A DNA stretch of 64,000 nucleotides from an uncultured Variovorax sp. (GCA_964242015.1 CAXTCC010000001.1:4781-68780); one strand, 5' to 3'. Shown: positions 37,182 to 47,906, counted from the first letter of the stretch. Notes: generated by a model from the letters alone, not told the origin. Made by a program: numbers and translations.

Positions 37182-37925
37182 ATGACCATTGCGCAGCTTC
37201 CATCGATCGCAGGGTGCCGGCTGTGGCACGTCGACCTCGACGCTGCCGACGCCGCGCAAGCCCGCGAGTGTCTGTCGGACGAAGAAAGCGCTCGTGCGGA
37301 ACGCTTCGTTTTCGAGCGCGATCGTCGCCGTTACGTGGCGGCGCACATTGCGCTGCGCGAGACGCTGTCGACGGTGACGGGCGCGCCTGCGGCCGAACTT
37401 TCGTTCGATGTGGGCGCGTTCGGCAAGCCGTCGCTCGCTGCGCCATCGCCGCTGCACTTCAACCTCAGCCACAGCGCAGGCGCCGGGCTCATCGCGATCA
37501 ATGTGAGCGACGACGAAACCGACAGTGGCGACGCCACCGAGATCGGCGTCGACATCGAGGTGCTGCGGCCCTTGTCGTATTCAGCTGCGCTGGCGGAGGC
37601 TTACTTCACCGCTGCCGAGCAACGAGGCCTGGCCGACACGGCACCGCCGGACCGCGACCTCGCGTTCCTCACCTGCTGGACGCGCAAGGAAGCCTGCGTC
37701 AAGGCGCTGGGTCTCGGCTTGAGCATCGACACTCGCTCGTTCGAAGTGGGCGTGAGCCTCGGGTCGCAAGACGTCGAAATGGTGGCCGGCGGACGGACAG
37801 AGACGCTGCAGGTGCACTCGTTCCGGCAGGGCCGCGACCTTGTTTGCGCGGTGGCCAAGGTGGTTGTCGAAGCCCCAGCCAGAAACATTCCAACCACTGC
37901 ATTGATCGAAAGGGAGTTCGCTTGA
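37182..37925 (+). CDS. 4'-phosphopantetheinyl transferase (Sfp-type)
   Basis: GKP, FNLSHS, IGVDIE, WTRKEA..KA.G.GL. Confidence 0.95.
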   Translation: MTIAQLPSIAGCRLWHVDLDAADAAQARECLSDEESARAERFVFERDRRRYVAAHIALRETLSTVTGAPAAELSFDVGAFGKPSLAAPSPLHFNLSHSAGAGLIAINVSDDETDSGDATEIGVDIEVLRPLSYSAALAEAYFTAAEQRGLADTAPPDRDLAFLTCWTRKEACVKALGLGLSIDTRSFEVGVSLGSQDVEMVAGGRTETLQVHSFRQGRDLVCAVAKVVVEAPARNIPTTALIEREFA

Positions 37926-38725
37926 TCCCCTTGCTCTTCGGGCAACCGTCACGACAACTATTCGGGCTTTATCACACCCCGGAGAAAAGCAGTGACCTCG
38001 CCGTGCTCGTCTGCCCGCCGTTCGGTCAGGAGGCGATTCGCACCCATCGTTTTTTTCGCTTGCTGTCCGACCGGCTGGCGCGTGGCGGTGCCGCCGTATT
38101 GCGCTTCGACCTGTTTGGCAGCGGCGACTCCGGCGGCAACGACCTCGATGGCGACTTCGAAGGCTGGTGGCGCGACATCTGCACGGCGCACGACGAACTG
38201 CAGCGACATGCGGTGGGTCGACGGGTGGTGTGGCTCGGCTCGCGCATGGGCGCGACACTCGCTGCCATGGCCGACCGAAGCGGACGCTGCAATCCTGAAA
38301 AGATCATTTTGTGGGACCCTATTCTGGACGGTCCCGCCTATATGGAACGCCTCCGGTCGGCGCATGTCGAAGCGCTCGAGCGCTCGTACTTCATGCCCGA
38401 TCGCGCATGGCGCAAGCGCCTCGAGAACGAAGCCGAGGCCTACACCGATGAAGCGCTCGGTGTCGCCATTTCTCCCCAATTGCGCCAGCAGTTTCGTGCG
38501 CTCGTGCCGGAGGCCGTCAAGGCGCCGGCGCATGCCACGGTGATGCTGGCTGATCCGGACGACCACACCGCGAACAAGTGGGCGCAATCAGCGATCGCAA
38601 ACCACGCCCCCCTGCGCGTGTCGAGCTTTCGTCATTCCCTGGACTGGACAACCGACCCGAACGCCGAAAACCCGGTGGCTCCCGGCGAAGCTGTCCAACG
38701 TTTACTGGCAGAAATAAATGAATGA
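37922..38725 (+). CDS. Alpha/beta-hydrolase-fold protein with GxRxG elbow (exosortase-associated hydrolase 2-like)
   Basis: TTG start after AGGGAG; CPPFGQE, LRFD..G.GDS.G, WLGSRMGA, LWDP. Confidence 0.8.
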   Translation: MIPLLFGQPSRQLFGLYHTPEKSSDLAVLVCPPFGQEAIRTHRFFRLLSDRLARGGAAVLRFDLFGSGDSGGNDLDGDFEGWWRDICTAHDELQRHAVGRRVVWLGSRMGATLAAMADRSGRCNPEKIILWDPILDGPAYMERLRSAHVEALERSYFMPDRAWRKRLENEAEAYTDEALGVAISPQLRQQFRALVPEAVKAPAHATVMLADPDDHTANKWAQSAIANHAPLRVSSFRHSLDWTTDPNAENPVAPGEAVQRLLAEINE

Positions 38726-39677
38726 AGTCAAAGAATTTCCGGTGCTCTTCGGGACCAATGGTTCGCTCATCGGCATGATTTCGACGCCGGCCGGTGGTCA
38801 CGTCGAACCCGTCGCCTGCATCTTCTACAACATGGGCGGAAACCATCGCGTGGGGCCACGTCGCATCAACGTCAAGCTGGCACGCCAGCTGGCGCAATCC
38901 GGCGTCAGCAGCATTCGTTTCGATCTTGCCGGCCTGGGTGACAGCGGCCCCGCGACCGGCTCGATGACCTTCATGGCACAGGCCATCGTGGACGTACGGG
39001 CAGCGATGGACCAGGTCCAGGAATCACTCGGCATCCAGCGCTTCATCTTGATGGGCCTGTGCTCGGGTGCGCCCAGTTCGCTCGAAGCCACCGTGGTCGA
39101 CCCGCGCGTCGTCGGGCTGCTTCAGTTCGACGGCTACGCGTTCCCGGGACGCCGTGCGCGCTGGGAGCGTGCGCTCCGTCGCGCGCTCTCGGTGCCGACC
39201 AATCCGATCATGATCCTGAAGACGGTGCGCTGGATCAAGCGCAAGCTGTCCGGGCCCGGCGCACTCGAAGGAGAAATCTTTACGACGGGCACGCTCGAAG
39301 ACAAGGCGAAGGTTTTTGTCGACTGCATGAACGTCGTGGCCGAGCGCAACATTCCGGCGCTGCTGCTGTACACGGGCACGCTGAATTCGGTCGATCGACA
39401 CCTGGACCAACTGGGCCCCTTTGCCAATGAGAAGTTCGCCAAGCATGCCGAGTACGTCTTCGTCGGCGAGATGGACCACAGCCTCACTTCACAGGCCACG
39501 CAGCGCACCTTCCTCAAGATCGTCGGCGACTGGACCTTGCGCACGGTGCATGGGCGCACTGCGACGGCTCCCAAGCCCGTGCTCAAGTCGGAATCGAGTC
39601 CCAGCGGTTTCGGCGCGCTGACCTCGACGTCGAAGCCCAAGCGCACCGCACCGCGCGCGATGGCGACCAGCCTCTGA
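38718..39677 (+). CDS. Alpha/beta-hydrolase-fold protein with GLCSG elbow (exosortase-associated hydrolase 1-like)
   Basis: HRVGP.R..V.LAR.LA, RFDLAGLGDS, MGLCSGA, C-terminal MDHS. Confidence 0.82.
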   Translation: MNEVKEFPVLFGTNGSLIGMISTPAGGHVEPVACIFYNMGGNHRVGPRRINVKLARQLAQSGVSSIRFDLAGLGDSGPATGSMTFMAQAIVDVRAAMDQVQESLGIQRFILMGLCSGAPSSLEATVVDPRVVGLLQFDGYAFPGRRARWERALRRALSVPTNPIMILKTVRWIKRKLSGPGALEGEIFTTGTLEDKAKVFVDCMNVVAERNIPALLLYTGTLNSVDRHLDQLGPFANEKFAKHAEYVFVGEMDHSLTSQATQRTFLKIVGDWTLRTVHGRTATAPKPVLKSESSPSGFGALTSTSKPKRTAPRAMATSL

Positions 39678-39704
39678 GTTCCGGTGGGCCGAGGCCCTCG
39701 GGCC

Positions 39705-42700
39705 TCAGGCCGCGGCGCCGGGTGCCGCCTTCACAGGCAATTCGCCCGGCAAGGTCTGCATCGGCCCGGTGCCGCTGTAGCGGTCGAGCGCCAGGTAGAT
39801 CGCGGGTGTGATGTAGAGCGTGATCACCTGCGAGAACAGCAGGCCGCCGACCACCGCGATGCCCAGCGGCTGACGCAGCTCGGCACCGGCACCCAGCCCG
39901 AGTGCCAACGGCAAGGCGCCCATCAAGGCGGCCAGCGTCGTCATCAGGATCGGCCGAAAACGCAGCCGGCACGCTTCCCGAATCGCATCGACCGGCGCCA
40001 TGCCTTCAGTGCGCTGCGCATCGAGCGCGAAGTCGATCAGCATGATCGCGTTCTTCTTCACGATGCCGATCAACAGCAGGATGCCGATGGTCGCGATCAG
40101 CGTCAGGTCGAAACCGAACAGCTTCAGCGACAGCAAGGCACCGACCGCAGCCGAAGGCAGCCCCGCCAGAATCGTCAGCGGATGGATGTAGCTTTCATAG
40201 AGCACCCCCAGCAGCACGTAGATCACGAGCACCGCGAGGATCAGCAGCACCGCCTGGCTCGACTGCGAACTCTGGAACACCGCCGCGTCGCCGCCGTAGC
40301 TGGTGATGATCGACGGCGGCATCTTGATCTCCGCCGTGAAGCGGTCGATCTTGTTGGTGGCATCGCCGAGCGGCACTTGCGGCGCCAGGTTGAACGACAC
40401 CGTCACCGCCTGCAACTGCCCCTGATGATTGACGGAGGTCGGCCCGACCGTGCGCTTGACCGTCGAGAACGCCGACAGCGGCACCAGTTGCCCGGCCCGG
40501 TTGCGCACCGACAGGCGCGACATGTCGTCCTCGAACTGGCGGTCGTCGTCGGACGCTGAAAGAATCACCTGGTAGGTGTTGCTGGCGCTGTAGATGCTGC
40601 CGATCTGCCGGTCGCCGTAGGCGTTGTAGAGGGCCGTGCGCAAATCGCCGACGGATACGCCGAGCACGCCCGCCTTGTCGCGGTCGATGTCGAGCGTCGC
40701 CTGCAGGCCGCGATTCTGCGAGTCGCTGGTGACGTCGCGAAATGCAGGGTCGGCGCGCATGCGTTCCATCAGCTTGGTCGCCCACTCGCTCATCTCGCCG
40801 GCGCTCACGCTTTGCAGCGTGTACTGGAAACGCGCCTTGCTCTGGCGCCCGCCGAGTTGCAGGTTCTGCACCGGCCGCATGTAGACCGCGATGCCCGGGA
40901 TTTCGCGGAAGCGCTTGCGCAACGACTCGAGCACCTGCGCCATCGGCGGTCGCTCGCTGCGGGCTTTCAGCACCGCGAACAGTCGGCCGGAGTTTTGCGT
41001 CGCCGTCGGCCCGCCGACGCCGACGAACGAGTTGACGTAGTCGACACTCGGTTCCTTGCCCAATGCGTCGGCCACGCGGTCTTGCAGCACCTTCATCGCG
41101 GTGAAGGAAATATCTTCGGAGGCCTCCGTCGTGATCTGGATCTGGCCGATGTCTTCTTCGGGGAAGAAACCCTTCGGAATCGTCACGAACATCCACGCCG
41201 TCAGCACGAAGGTAAGCGCGGCAATGCCGAGCATCACCGCACGATGGCCCAGGCTCCAGTCGAGCGAGCGCATGTAGTTGCGGTGCACCCATTGGTACCC
41301 GCGCTCGAAGCCGCGGCCGATGGCGGTGCCGGGTTCCGGGTGCTGCTCTTCGTGATCGAGCGCCCCTTCTTTCACCGCGACCTGCTTCAGCAGCCGGCTG
41401 GCCAGCATCGGCACCAGCGTCAGCGACACGATGGCGGACACCAGCACCGCCAGCGCCACCACCACGGCGAACTCGTGGAACAGCAAGCCGATCACACCCG
41501 GCATGAAGAACACCGGGATGAACACCGCCACCAGCGAGATCGAAATCGAAACGATGGTGAAGCCGACTTCACGCGCGCCGCGCAAGGCTGCCGCATAAGG
41601 CTCCATGCCTTTCTCGACGTACCGCATGATGTTTTCTAGCACCACGATGGCGTCGTCGACCACCAGCCCGACCGCCAGCGTGATGCCGAGCAACGACACG
41701 TTGTCCAGGCTGTAGCCGAAAGCGTAAAGCAGCGCGACCGCACCGATGAGCGAGATCGGAATCGTCGCCGCCGGAATCAGCGTCGCGACGATGCGATGCA
41801 GGAAAAGGAAGATGACCAGCACCACCAGCAGGATGGTGCCGATGAGCGTGAGCTGCACGTCATGCACGGCCTCGCGAATCGACAGCGAGCGGTCGTTGAC
41901 GAGGTTGATCTCGACCGACTGCGGCAGCTCGGCCCTGAAGCGCGGCATGAGCGCGCGCACCGCGTCGACTACTTGCACAGTGTTGGCATTGGGCTGGCGC
42001 TGCACCGCGAGAGAAATCGAACTCTGGCCGTTGAAACTGCTCGCTGTCTTGACCGACTCGAAGCTGTCTTCGATCGTCGCCACTTCGTCCAGCCGCACCG
42101 GTGCGCCGTCGCGCTGGCCGACGATGAGCTTGGCGAAGTCGGCCGCCTTCATGAGCTGCTGGTTGGCCTGGATGGTCAGCGTCTGCCGCGGGCCGTCGAG
42201 CACGCCGACCGGCGTGTTCGCGTTGGCGGAATTCACCGCCTTGGCCAGCTCGTCGAGCGTGATGTTGCGGGCGTTGAGCAGATTGGCATCGGCCTTGACG
42301 CGCACCGCGAAAGCCTTGCGGCCGTACACCCCGACCTGCGCCACGCCGTCGATGGTCGAGAGCGTGGGCGAGATCAGGTTCTCGGCGTAGTCGTTGAGTT
42401 CGGCCGGGTTCATCGACGGCGACACCAGCGCGATGAACAGCACCGGCGCATCCGCCGGGTTCACTTTGCGGTACGACGGCAGTTGCGTGAGCTCGATCGG
42501 CAACTGGCGCTGGGCTCGCAACAACGCGGCCTGCACGTCGACCGCTGCCGCATCGATGTCGCGCGAACTGACGAACTCGAGCGTGAGCGAGGTCACGCCC
42601 TGCGTGTTGACCGAGCTGATGGTCTGCAGGCCCGGAATCGTCGAGAACTGCTTTTCGAGCGGCAGCGCGACGGACGACGCCATCGTGTCGGGGCTCGCCC

Positions 42701-42857
42701 CCGGCAGCTGCGCCGACACGTTGATGACCGGCGTGTTGTAGCTGGGCAGCGCCGCGACCGGAATATTGAGGTACGCGAAGATGCCGATGACGACCACCGC
42801 GGCCGACAACAACACCGTCATCGCCGGCCGGCGGATGCACAGCTCGGAAATGTTCAT
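39705..42857 (-). CDS. RND efflux transporter permease (MdtB/MdtC-like)
   Basis: MNISELCIRRP, PGASP.TM, GLVVDDAIVVLEN, GIVKKNAIMLIDFA, RFRPILMTT. Confidence 0.95.
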   Translation of the reverse strand: MNISELCIRRPAMTVLLSAAVVVIGIFAYLNIPVAALPSYNTPVINVSAQLPGASPDTMASSVALPLEKQFSTIPGLQTISSVNTQGVTSLTLEFVSSRDIDAAAVDVQAALLRAQRQLPIELTQLPSYRKVNPADAPVLFIALVSPSMNPAELNDYAENLISPTLSTIDGVAQVGVYGRKAFAVRVKADANLLNARNITLDELAKAVNSANANTPVGVLDGPRQTLTIQANQQLMKAADFAKLIVGQRDGAPVRLDEVATIEDSFESVKTASSFNGQSSISLAVQRQPNANTVQVVDAVRALMPRFRAELPQSVEINLVNDRSLSIREAVHDVQLTLIGTILLVVLVIFLFLHRIVATLIPAATIPISLIGAVALLYAFGYSLDNVSLLGITLAVGLVVDDAIVVLENIMRYVEKGMEPYAAALRGAREVGFTIVSISISLVAVFIPVFFMPGVIGLLFHEFAVVVALAVLVSAIVSLTLVPMLASRLLKQVAVKEGALDHEEQHPEPGTAIGRGFERGYQWVHRNYMRSLDWSLGHRAVMLGIAALTFVLTAWMFVTIPKGFFPEEDIGQIQITTEASEDISFTAMKVLQDRVADALGKEPSVDYVNSFVGVGGPTATQNSGRLFAVLKARSERPPMAQVLESLRKRFREIPGIAVYMRPVQNLQLGGRQSKARFQYTLQSVSAGEMSEWATKLMERMRADPAFRDVTSDSQNRGLQATLDIDRDKAGVLGVSVGDLRTALYNAYGDRQIGSIYSASNTYQVILSASDDDRQFEDDMSRLSVRNRAGQLVPLSAFSTVKRTVGPTSVNHQGQLQAVTVSFNLAPQVPLGDATNKIDRFTAEIKMPPSIITSYGGDAAVFQSSQSSQAVLLILAVLVIYVLLGVLYESYIHPLTILAGLPSAAVGALLSLKLFGFDLTLIATIGILLLIGIVKKNAIMLIDFALDAQRTEGMAPVDAIREACRLRFRPILMTTLAALMGALPLALGLGAGAELRQPLGIAVVGGLLFSQVITLYITPAIYLALDRYSGTGPMQTLPGELPVKAAPGAAA

Positions 42858-44113
42858 GCGCGCTCCCGCGCCTTGGGATCGACTTGTGCAGGCGACAAAG
42901 CAGCGGGCGATGCCGCGCCGGAGGACGCTGGAGACGACGTGTCGGGCGCCTTGTCGGGGGAGCGGCCGGGCGCGGCGGCCGGTGCAGCCGCCGCTTCGAT
43001 GCGCACTTTGCCGCCAGGACGCACGTTCTGCTTGCCTTCGATCACGACCATCTCGCCCGGCTCGACGCCGCGCACCACGACCTGCGTGCCGAAGGTGTAG
43101 ACGGTTTGCACCTTGCGCCGCGCGGCCGTCTGATCGGCGTTGACGACATACAGCGCACTGCCTTCGGTCAGCATCATGATGGCCGCGGCCGGCACCACGG
43201 TGGCGTCGGGCAAGGTGCGCACCACCACGCGCGTTTCGACGAACTGCCCGGGCCACAGGCTTTGGTCGGCGTTGTCGAAGACCGCCTTGGCGCGCACCGT
43301 ACCGATCAACGGATCGACGGTGTTGTCGACGAAACTGAGCGCGCCGACCAGCGGCTGTTTGCGACCCTTGACGATGGCTTCGACCCGCGTCTTCGAACGC
43401 GCGGCGGCCAGCAAATCCTGCAGTTGCCCTTCGGGCACCGGGAAGCTCACCGCGATCGGGTCGAGCTGGGTGATGGTGACGAGCGTGCCGGCCGGCTGCA
43501 CCAGCGTGCCTGGGTAGATGTTGACGGCGCCGATGCGGCCGGCGATGGGCGCCCGCAGCGTGGAATAACCGAGCGCCACTTGCGCCGACTGCACGGCAGC
43601 GCGATCGGCCGCGACCGCTGCGCGCTGGGCTTCGAGCTGGGACAGCGTCGAATCGGCCGCGCTCTTGGCGATGAAGTTCTGCGCCACCAGGTCCTGGCTG
43701 CGCTTGTATTGGCGCTCCAGGTCGGCCATCGTCGCCTCGTCTTTTTGCTGCTGCGCGCGGGCCTTGGCGAGGTTGGCCTGGTCGGGGCGCTGGTCGAGCG
43801 TGAAGAGCAACTGGCCGGTTTTGACGAACTGGCCTTCCTTGACGTGGACTTCGCTCACCGTGTTGGTGACCTGCGGCCGCAAGTCCACGCTGTTCAGCGA
43901 CACCACGCTGCCGTTGACCTGCACGGTGACCGGCACCGTTTGCTTCAGCGCAGCGGCGACCGTGACCAGCGCCGGTGCGCCGGCGCCCGGTACCCCAGCG
44001 GCCGCGGCCTTTGCGGCGGTGTCACGCGAATGCGAACCCGACCACCACCAGGCGGCGCCTGCGACCGCGACGACGAGCACACCGGTCAAGGCGCGGGAAG
44101 CATTCTTCTTCAT
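42854..44113 (-). CDS. RND efflux periplasmic adaptor (MdtA-like)
   Basis: N-terminal TM, KEGQ.VK.GQLLF, LRAPIAG, DNTVD...GT, LWPGQF. Confidence 0.94.
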   Translation of the reverse strand: MKKNASRALTGVLVVAVAGAAWWWSGSHSRDTAAKAAAAGVPGAGAPALVTVAAALKQTVPVTVQVNGSVVSLNSVDLRPQVTNTVSEVHVKEGQFVKTGQLLFTLDQRPDQANLAKARAQQQKDEATMADLERQYKRSQDLVAQNFIAKSAADSTLSQLEAQRAAVAADRAAVQSAQVALGYSTLRAPIAGRIGAVNIYPGTLVQPAGTLVTITQLDPIAVSFPVPEGQLQDLLAAARSKTRVEAIVKGRKQPLVGALSFVDNTVDPLIGTVRAKAVFDNADQSLWPGQFVETRVVVRTLPDATVVPAAAIMMLTEGSALYVVNADQTAARRKVQTVYTFGTQVVVRGVEPGEMVVIEGKQNVRPGGKVRIEAAAAPAAAPGRSPDKAPDTSSPASSGAASPAALSPAQVDPKARERA

Positions 44114-44325
44114 GGGGGCGTTTTCATAGGGTCGAAAGGCGTTCGGCTGCACCGGCAGGATCGGCGCCTGCTATTGGAGCAGTGGCCCGGTGACGCGTCC
44201 ACAAAAGGTTTCTTTATAAGTCTGGCGAAATGTGAACCAGCACACGGAGGCGACGCTCGCCGGCACCAGCTTGCAAGAACGGCGCCGCTAGAATCGCCGC
44301 TTCCCACAGCCTCTGGATATACCCC

Positions 44326-44820
44326 ATGAAACGCTGCAAAAACTCCCCGAATGCTCACATTTTAGTAGCGCTGTATGCGCTGTTGGCGCCTGCTTCAGCC
44401 CTGTTTACCGCCGACGCGCAGGCGCAGGCCGTGCCGGTGCCGCAGACCCAGTTCGAAGCCGAAGCCGGTGGTCGCAACTTTCCGATCGGCACGCTGCGCG
44501 GCAAGTTCATGGTGCTCAATCCGCCCGAGATCAAGCTCGATGGCGATCTGGAGCGCATGTCGCCGGGTGCGCGCATTCGCAGTGCGCAAAACATGCTGGT
44601 GATGCCGGCGGCGATCATTGGCCAGAACCTGATGGTCAACTACACGCGAGATGCTTCCAACCTCGTGTCGCAGGTCTGGATCCTGACGCCCGACGAAGCC
44701 CGCGCCGAACGCGAATCGGCTGAGAAGCCCTTCCTGAATTTCTGGCCCTTCGTGGCCAACAGCGGCCCGCGCGACGACGGCAAGACGCCGTTCGACCAGT
44801 TGCCCAAATATGGCGAATAA
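44326..44820 (+). CDS. Exported hypothetical protein
   Basis: Signal-like N-terminus ending AQAQ; RNFP...RG, SPGARIR, VWILT..EA. Confidence 0.75.
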   Translation: MKRCKNSPNAHILVALYALLAPASALFTADAQAQAVPVPQTQFEAEAGGRNFPIGTLRGKFMVLNPPEIKLDGDLERMSPGARIRSAQNMLVMPAAIIGQNLMVNYTRDASNLVSQVWILTPDEARAERESAEKPFLNFWPFVANSGPRDDGKTPFDQLPKYGE

Positions 44821-44864
44821 CGGCGGCAAATAACGCCGGCAAGTAACGCCGGCGAACGACGCCG
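44818..44864. repeat. Degenerate 13-bp tandem repeat (TAACGCCGGCAAN), 3 copies plus a partial
   Basis: taacggcggcaaa / taacgccggcaag / taacgccggcgaa / cgacgccg, starting at the upstream stop codon. Confidence 0.6.
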
Positions 44865-44995
44865 CGCTTTCCGCGCCGCGCAACGTTTTTTCCTATCGCC
44901 CGCTGGCGAACATCCGTCGCTCACTGCGCGGTGTGATCCAGCCACTTATCCGTATTCCGCTTGCCGCCCCTGATGGCGGTCGCATCGAGCATTCC

Positions 44996-46402
44996 ATGTC
45001 CAAAAAAGTCTTCATCAAAACCTTCGGCTGCCAGATGAACGAGTACGACTCGGACAAGATGGCCGACGTGCTGCACGCCGCAGAGGGCTATGAAAAAACC
45101 CAGGATGTCGAGGAGGCCGACCTCATCCTCTTCAACACCTGCTCGGTGCGCGAGAAGGCGCAGGAAAAGGTCTTCAGCGACCTCGGCCGGGTGAAGCACC
45201 TGAAGGCCAAGGGCGTGAAGATCGGCGTCGGCGGCTGCGTGGCGAGCCAGGAAGGCGACGCCATCATCGCGCGCGCGCCTTATGTCGACATCGTGTTCGG
45301 CCCCCAAACCTTGCACCGGTTGCCGGAGATGCTGAACCAGCGCGTGTCGCAGAACCGGCCGCAAGTCGACATCAGTTTTCCGGAGATCGAAAAGTTCGAC
45401 CATCTGCCACCCGCGCGCGTGGACGGTGTTACCGCTTTCGTCTCGATCATGGAAGGCTGCTCCAAATACTGCAGCTACTGCGTGGTGCCTTACACGCGCG
45501 GCGAGGAAGTGAATCGCCCGCTCGACGACGTGCTGGTCGAAGTCGCCGGCCTGGCCGACCAGGGCGTTCGCGAGGTGACCTTGCTGGGCCAGAACGTCAA
45601 TGCCTACCGCGGCAAGATGGGTGACACCAGCGAGATCGCCGACTTCGCGCTGCTGATCGAATACATCGCCGAGATTCCGGGCATCGAGCGCATACGCTAC
45701 ACGACCAGCCATCCGAACGAGTTCACGCCGCGTCTCATCGAGGCGTACGCGAAAGTGCCGAAGCTCGTCTCGCACCTGCACTTGCCGGTGCAGCACGGCA
45801 GCGACCGCATTCTGATGGCGATGAAGCGCGGCTATACGGCGATGGAATACAAGAGCACGGTGCGCAAACTGCGTGCCATTCGTCCCGAGCTCGCGTTGAG
45901 CAGCGACTTCATCGTCGGCTTCCCCGGTGAGACCGACGACGACTTCGCCAGGACCATGAAGCTGATCGACGACTGCCAGTTCGATGCGAGCTTCAGCTTC
46001 ATCTTCAGTCCGCGCCCCGGCACGCCCGCCGCGCAGCTGCATGACGAGACGCCGCACGCGGTGAAGCTCGCGCGGCTGCAGACGCTGCAGGCCGTGATCG
46101 ACGGCAACGTGCGGCGCTTCGGCGAAGCGATGGTGGGCAGCACGCAGCGGGTGTTGGTCGAAGGCCGTTCGCGCAAGGACGCGAACGAGCTCATGGGCCG
46201 CACCGAGTGCAACCGGGTCGTGAATTTCGAAGCGCCGCCGCGAAGCCTGCAGAGGCCCGAGGCGCTGATCGGCCAGATGCTCGACCTGACCATCACCCGC
46301 TCGCTGGCCTATACGCTGCGCGGCGAGGTGGCGACCCGTGAATCGGCCGGCGCCCTCGCCGCGTCCGCGTCCGCTGAAGCCCACGCAGCGCTCGCCGCCT
46401 GA
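44996..46402 (+). CDS. miaB: tRNA-i6A37 methylthiotransferase
   Basis: [18 protein letters not shown], radical [26 protein letters not shown] domain. Confidence 0.98.
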   Translation: MSKKVFIKTFGCQMNEYDSDKMADVLHAAEGYEKTQDVEEADLILFNTCSVREKAQEKVFSDLGRVKHLKAKGVKIGVGGCVASQEGDAIIARAPYVDIVFGPQTLHRLPEMLNQRVSQNRPQVDISFPEIEKFDHLPPARVDGVTAFVSIMEGCSKYCSYCVVPYTRGEEVNRPLDDVLVEVAGLADQGVREVTLLGQNVNAYRGKMGDTSEIADFALLIEYIAEIPGIERIRYTTSHPNEFTPRLIEAYAKVPKLVSHLHLPVQHGSDRILMAMKRGYTAMEYKSTVRKLRAIRPELALSSDFIVGFPGETDDDFARTMKLIDDCQFDASFSFIFSPRPGTPAAQLHDETPHAVKLARLQTLQAVIDGNVRRFGEAMVGSTQRVLVEGRSRKDANELMGRTECNRVVNFEAPPRSLQRPEALIGQMLDLTITRSLAYTLRGEVATRESAGALAASASAEAHAALAA

Positions 46403-47829
46403 TGGCGAAGTTGCCTTCGGCGCGCGGCTCGTTCCAGCAGCTGCTGCTCTTTGCCTTTTTGCTGATCACCGCCCTGCTGGTGGGTGTGGCGGTGCGCTCG
46501 GTGTTCCAGTACGACTTGCTGATGACGCAGAGCCGCGACGCCGCCGCCCGCGCCGTCACGCTGTCGGGTGCCGCACAGTCGCTGGCCGAGCGCAGCGCTG
46601 CGATGGAGCGCGCCGGTCGCCAGTCGCTGGTGCTGAACGACGCGGTGCTGCGCCGCCGCTTCACCGACGCCGAGCACGACGCCAACGGCGCGCTCGACAA
46701 GCTCGTGCAGAACGACCTGGGCGCCCCCGCCGCGGACGCATGGCGTCAGCAGCTCAAGGTCATCAACGACCTCATGAACGGGAGCCCCGACAGCGCGCTC
46801 ACCCGTGAAAGCTCGATGGCGGTGCAGTTTCGCGATCTCGACGCGCTCAACACCAACATCGCGCAACAGGCGCAGTTGCTGATCGAAACGCAAAACAGCG
46901 CGCTGGCAACGCGCATCGAGAATGCTCGCAAGCGGCTGATGCGGCAGGTGATCGCGGCAAGCGTGCTGGCGGTGACGCTGGCGCTGGCGTTCGGCGTGTG
47001 GCTGGCGCGACCGTTCAAGCGACTCGAGCGCGCCATCGTCGGGCTCGGGGAAAACCGGCTCGACGTGCCGATCGATATCCGCGGGCCGGCCGACGTGCGT
47101 CGCGTGTCGCAACAGCTCGAATGGCTGCGACTGCGTCTTACCGAACTCGACGCCGACAAGGCACGCTTCCTGCGGCACGTCTCGCATGAACTCAAGACAC
47201 CGCTCGCCGCGTTGCGCGAAGGCGTGTCTCTGCTGGAAGACGGCGTGACCGGCGCGCTGAACCCGGCGCAGCGCGAAGTCGCGCAAATCCTGCAGCAGAA
47301 CACGGTGGCGCTGCAGGGTCAGATCGAGGCATTGCTCCGCTTCAATGCGGCCGCGTTCGAGGCGCGCGAGCTGCGGCGCGAGCGCACCGCGCTGCTGCCG
47401 CTGATCGAAGAACAGATCGATTCGCAGCGGCTGCAGTGGCAGGGCCAGGGCCTCACCGTGCGGGCCAGCGGCGAGCCGCTCATGATCACGGTCGACCCGG
47501 TCAAACTGGGCACCGCCATCGCCAACCTGCTGTCGAACGCGATCCGGTTTTCAAGCCGCGGCGGCACCATCGCCATCGAAGTGTCGAGCACGCCGGAAGC
47601 GGCGCGGATCGACATCGGCGACGCCGGTCCGGGCATTGCACCAGGCGATCGCGATCGCGTGTTCGAGCCGTTTTTCAGGGGCGAGCGGCAACCGGAGCAT
47701 GCGGTCAAAGGCACAGGCATCGGGCTTTCGATCGTGCAGGAGTACATTGCAGCTCATGGTGGCCGCGTCTCGCTGCTGCCCGATGGCCCCGGCGCCCGCT
47801 TTCGCATCGAGCTGCCGCTGACGGTCTGA
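46402..47829 (+). CDS. Sensor histidine kinase, GlrK/QseE-like
   Basis: Two TMs, HAMP, FLRHVSHELKTPL...REG, NLLSNA, D.GPGI, KGTGIGL. Confidence 0.9.
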   Translation: MAKLPSARGSFQQLLLFAFLLITALLVGVAVRSVFQYDLLMTQSRDAAARAVTLSGAAQSLAERSAAMERAGRQSLVLNDAVLRRRFTDAEHDANGALDKLVQNDLGAPAADAWRQQLKVINDLMNGSPDSALTRESSMAVQFRDLDALNTNIAQQAQLLIETQNSALATRIENARKRLMRQVIAASVLAVTLALAFGVWLARPFKRLERAIVGLGENRLDVPIDIRGPADVRRVSQQLEWLRLRLTELDADKARFLRHVSHELKTPLAALREGVSLLEDGVTGALNPAQREVAQILQQNTVALQGQIEALLRFNAAAFEARELRRERTALLPLIEEQIDSQRLQWQGQGLTVRASGEPLMITVDPVKLGTAIANLLSNAIRFSSRGGTIAIEVSSTPEAARIDIGDAGPGIAPGDRDRVFEPFFRGERQPEHAVKGTGIGLSIVQEYIAAHGGRVSLLPDGPGARFRIELPLTV

Positions 47830-47906
47830 CGCAGCGCCCGGTATCCATGCCCGTACCTTCACGCCTCGCTCCTGATTTGCACGTCTCCACGCGCCGTTTC
47901 CGAACC

